This document shows positions 61,926 through 63,656 of a stretch of 63,656 bases of DNA, piece by piece. The stretch covers positions 1 through 63,656 of the forward strand of contig JBDKUM010000070.1 in assembly GCA_039679715.1 (NCBI GenBank). The letters are read 5' to 3'. Source of the DNA: Phycisphaerales bacterium. Its GTDB lineage: Bacteria > Planctomycetota > Phycisphaerae > Sedimentisphaerales > UBA12454. The notes under the pieces were generated by a model that saw nothing but the letters and a program-made list of their open reading frames with translations, did no database searches and was not told where the DNA came from. The translations under genes were made by a program, and so were the position numbers. Each line of letters starts with the position of its first letter. The stretch's first letter is position 1.

Positions 61926-62795
61926 ATGTGGATTGATGCGATAATTGAATACCTCCGCCGTGTCGCAACTTATAATCCGCTTATTGTTATTATTGAATTG
62001 CTTCTCATCGGCTTGGTTGTCTACTGGGCTGTTAATTTCCTTGAAGGCACACGCGGCGAAAGACTTTTCCGAGGCGTTATCATCCTCCTGCTTGCAGGCT
62101 CAATGATCCTTAAATTGCTCGTTACCAGCTTCGGCTTCGAAAGACTTCAATATCTCTACAGCAGTTTTTTAATTCTCGTTTTGATTCTCGCTGTCGCGGG
62201 CTTTCAGCCTGAAATCCGCAGAATGCTCATCCGCATTGGTGAAACAGGAACTAATTTCCGAAGTTCAAGCCAAAGACAGCTTTCACAAACTGTCGAAGAA
62301 ATGATCACCGCAGTTAACAATCTTTCAGAAAAAAAGATCGGTGCCATTATCGTAATTGAACGGCAGGTCGCGCTTGGCGAATTTACCGAAACAGGCGTTC
62401 GCATAGATGCACAGGTCAAATCCGCGCTTCTCGAATCGATTTTTTACCCCGGCGGTGCACTTCACGATTTAGCCGTTATTATCCATGGCGATAAAATCGC
62501 CGCTGCCAGAGTGCAGTTACCTTTAGCCGAACTTGGAACCGTTAAAGGCGTGCTTGGCTCCAGGCATCGTGCCGCGATTGGAATCACGACAGGCAGCGAT
62601 GCTTTCGCTATCGTTGTAAGCGAGGAAACAGGTATCGTCAGTATCGCCGAAGAAGGAAAACTCGACAGGCATATTACCGAAGAAGAATTGAGAAAGAGAC
62701 TGACAAATATCATTGTCGATACCGCAGGCTTTGCCGCACGATTCAAAAGAAATAAAGAAGAAAAACAAAATCAAGCCCATCAGGAACTAAGTTAA
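61926..62795 (+). CDS. cdaA: Membrane-anchored diadenylate cyclase CdaA (DisA_N/DAC domain)
   Basis: Three N-terminal TM helices. DAC motifs: GAIIVIE, PGGALHDLAVII, LGSRHRAAIGIT, IVVSEETGIVSIA. Confidence 0.88.
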   Translation: MWIDAIIEYLRRVATYNPLIVIIELLLIGLVVYWAVNFLEGTRGERLFRGVIILLLAGSMILKLLVTSFGFERLQYLYSSFLILVLILAVAGFQPEIRRMLIRIGETGTNFRSSSQRQLSQTVEEMITAVNNLSEKKIGAIIVIERQVALGEFTETGVRIDAQVKSALLESIFYPGGALHDLAVIIHGDKIAAARVQLPLAELGTVKGVLGSRHRAAIGITTGSDAFAIVVSEETGIVSIAEEGKLDRHITEEELRKRLTNIIVDTAGFAARFKRNKEEKQNQAHQELS

Positions 62796-62804
62796 CATAG
62801 ATTG

Positions 62805-62837
62805 ATCGTTTCTTTTCATTTGAACGATTTGTTTTTT
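62805..62837 (+). terminator. Intrinsic terminator after cdaA
   Basis: ATCGTT (62805-62810) pairs with AACGAT (62823-62828). TTGTTTTTT follows. Confidence 0.55.
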
Positions 62838-62940
62838 AACTACCCCCTCTTATTTACTTCTATTCAATTTTTGGCTAAGAACGAATTTGCGCATTAGAAA
62901 AAGTGCGCGGAAATTTTTTTTTAAAAAATATATTGTTTGA

Positions 62941-63040
62941 AGCCTGAGATTGCTTCGTCGTTTTTGTGTTAAAAACCACAAAAAACTTCCCCCCTAAAGG
63001 GGTTGAAATCGCAATGTGACAGATTCAGAGTCTGTCATAA
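62941..63040. repeat. Reverse-oriented copy of the GTCATTGCGAG/CGAAGCAATCTC family with extra hairpins
   Basis: AGCCTGAGATTGCTTCG (62941-62957) is the complement of CGAAGCAATCTCAGGCT at 54606-54622. It is followed by the TTTTTGTG/CACAAAAA hairpin, TCGCAATGTGACAG and the TGACAGA/TCTGTCA hairpin. Confidence 0.5.
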
Positions 63041-63461
63041 ATTATTCCTTATAAAACTGCGCAAGGTGGGACTATATAGGGGGGAACATAATTGATTTAG
63101 GTTTAAAAGAGCGCAAGAAAATTTGCGCAAGGGAAAATACCCACGTAATATTTTGAAAATGCTACATAGTTTTTTTTAATGCTACCATTATTTTAAATTT
63201 GCTACGCAAATTTAGCGTACAGCGATTAGCGAATAGCGTATACTTGCGCGAATTTTACAAAAGCGCGAAAAGGTGTAAAAAAAGCAAGAAAAAGTATTAA
63301 AAAAGTATTAATTCAAGGGTGAAATTAGAAAATTTGAGAAAAGAGGAAATCAATAATTGCACGCAATTTCTTTTTAGCCACTAAGGCACTAAGACACAAA
63401 GATTTTTTGTATCACTGATGACACTGATTTTATGATAAATTATGTAAACAAAGGAGCTACA

Positions 63462-63656
63462 TTGAAAACAAGAATTGATGAATGTGATATGGGGGAAAGC
63501 AGATGCTACAGATTCGAAAGGGTCGCCTACAGAAGGAAAAATGAAATTATTAAAAAAATCCGGCTGCTGGGCAACTGCTCCAATAAAAGTTCTTATGATT
63601 ATTACGAATTTCAAATCCAAGATATATTTAAAGAAATTCAAAAAGAACTCAAAATC
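63462..63656 (+). CDS. Possible 5' end of a gene running off the window (unknown product)
   Basis: TTG 63462 lies 5 nt after AAGGAG (63451-63456). The frame is open to the window end (KTRIDECDMGESRCYRFERVAYRRKNEIIKKIRLL...). A second frame (ATG 63478) and an antisense ORF are also open in this AT-rich stretch, so the call is weak. Confidence 0.3.
   Translation, partial: MKTRIDECDMGESRCYRFERVAYRRKNEIIKKIRLLGNCSNKSSYDYYEFQIQDIFKEIQKELKI

Noticed and set aside
63381-63641. 86-aa minus-strand ORF at the window end
   Set aside because: Three frames are open in this AT-rich stretch. The minus frame has no RBS and a hydrophobic, low-complexity translation. The plus-strand frame behind AAGGAG is the more plausible one, though still weak.

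Overview
This is a 63.7-kb chromosomal window, roughly 40% GC by eye, with no rRNA, CRISPR array, transposase or integrase. I infer with low confidence that it comes from an anaerobic PVC-superphylum bacterium (Phycisphaerae/Sedimentisphaerales- or Lentisphaerae-like). That guess rests on a prepilin-type N-terminus on a non-pilus protein, dockerin-like modules on secreted proteins, and the PPi-PFK, ETF and corrinoid gene content.

Gene order:
- a partial Sel1-repeat gene
- a secreted glycosidase cluster (two GH30 and one GH5)
- an enterobacterial-type waaG-waaP LPS-core pair
- a long AT-rich minus-strand pseudaminic-acid (pse) operon, pseB to pseI, with several non-canonical members
- tRNA-Val, an XRE/S24 LexA-like repressor and tRNA-Arg
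- a 1057-aa CarboxypepD_reg-repeat protein, then pilT and clpC
- a 1206-aa secreted beta-helix protein with a duplicated C-terminal binding module
- an MBL hydrolase and two small overlapping orphan genes
- a 64-aa bacterial histone-fold (DUF1931/HBb-like) gene
- an alpha-glucan operon (GT4, GH57, debranching enzyme)
- nikR-cupin, a secreted protein plus a prepilin-type protein, an ACT-like protein plus larB, and a YfcE phosphodiesterase
- PPi-PFK, a Lys/Cys-rich secreted protein, TauE, an orphan histidine kinase and a PfkB kinase
- purF-purM, a membrane protein and an Fe-ADH
- ETF-QO plus a fused EtfB-EtfA, and a lone corrinoid protein
- an AT-rich three-gene orphan cassette
- a thioesterase, a lipoprotein and cdaA

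The best candidate for a new system is the orphan cassette at 59371-60603: a 124-aa unknown, a 179-aa protein with a PD-(D/E)xK-like motif, and a membrane-anchored 4x16-aa repeat protein. The histone-fold gene and the PseG-less pse locus are the next most interesting coding features.

At the DNA level almost every intergenic region is built from dispersed repeat families and from short words that are immediately re-copied with 1-3 changes ('stutter' arrays). These often form long imperfect palindromes. All homology calls come from motif recognition and memory of family sequences. No searches or computations were run.
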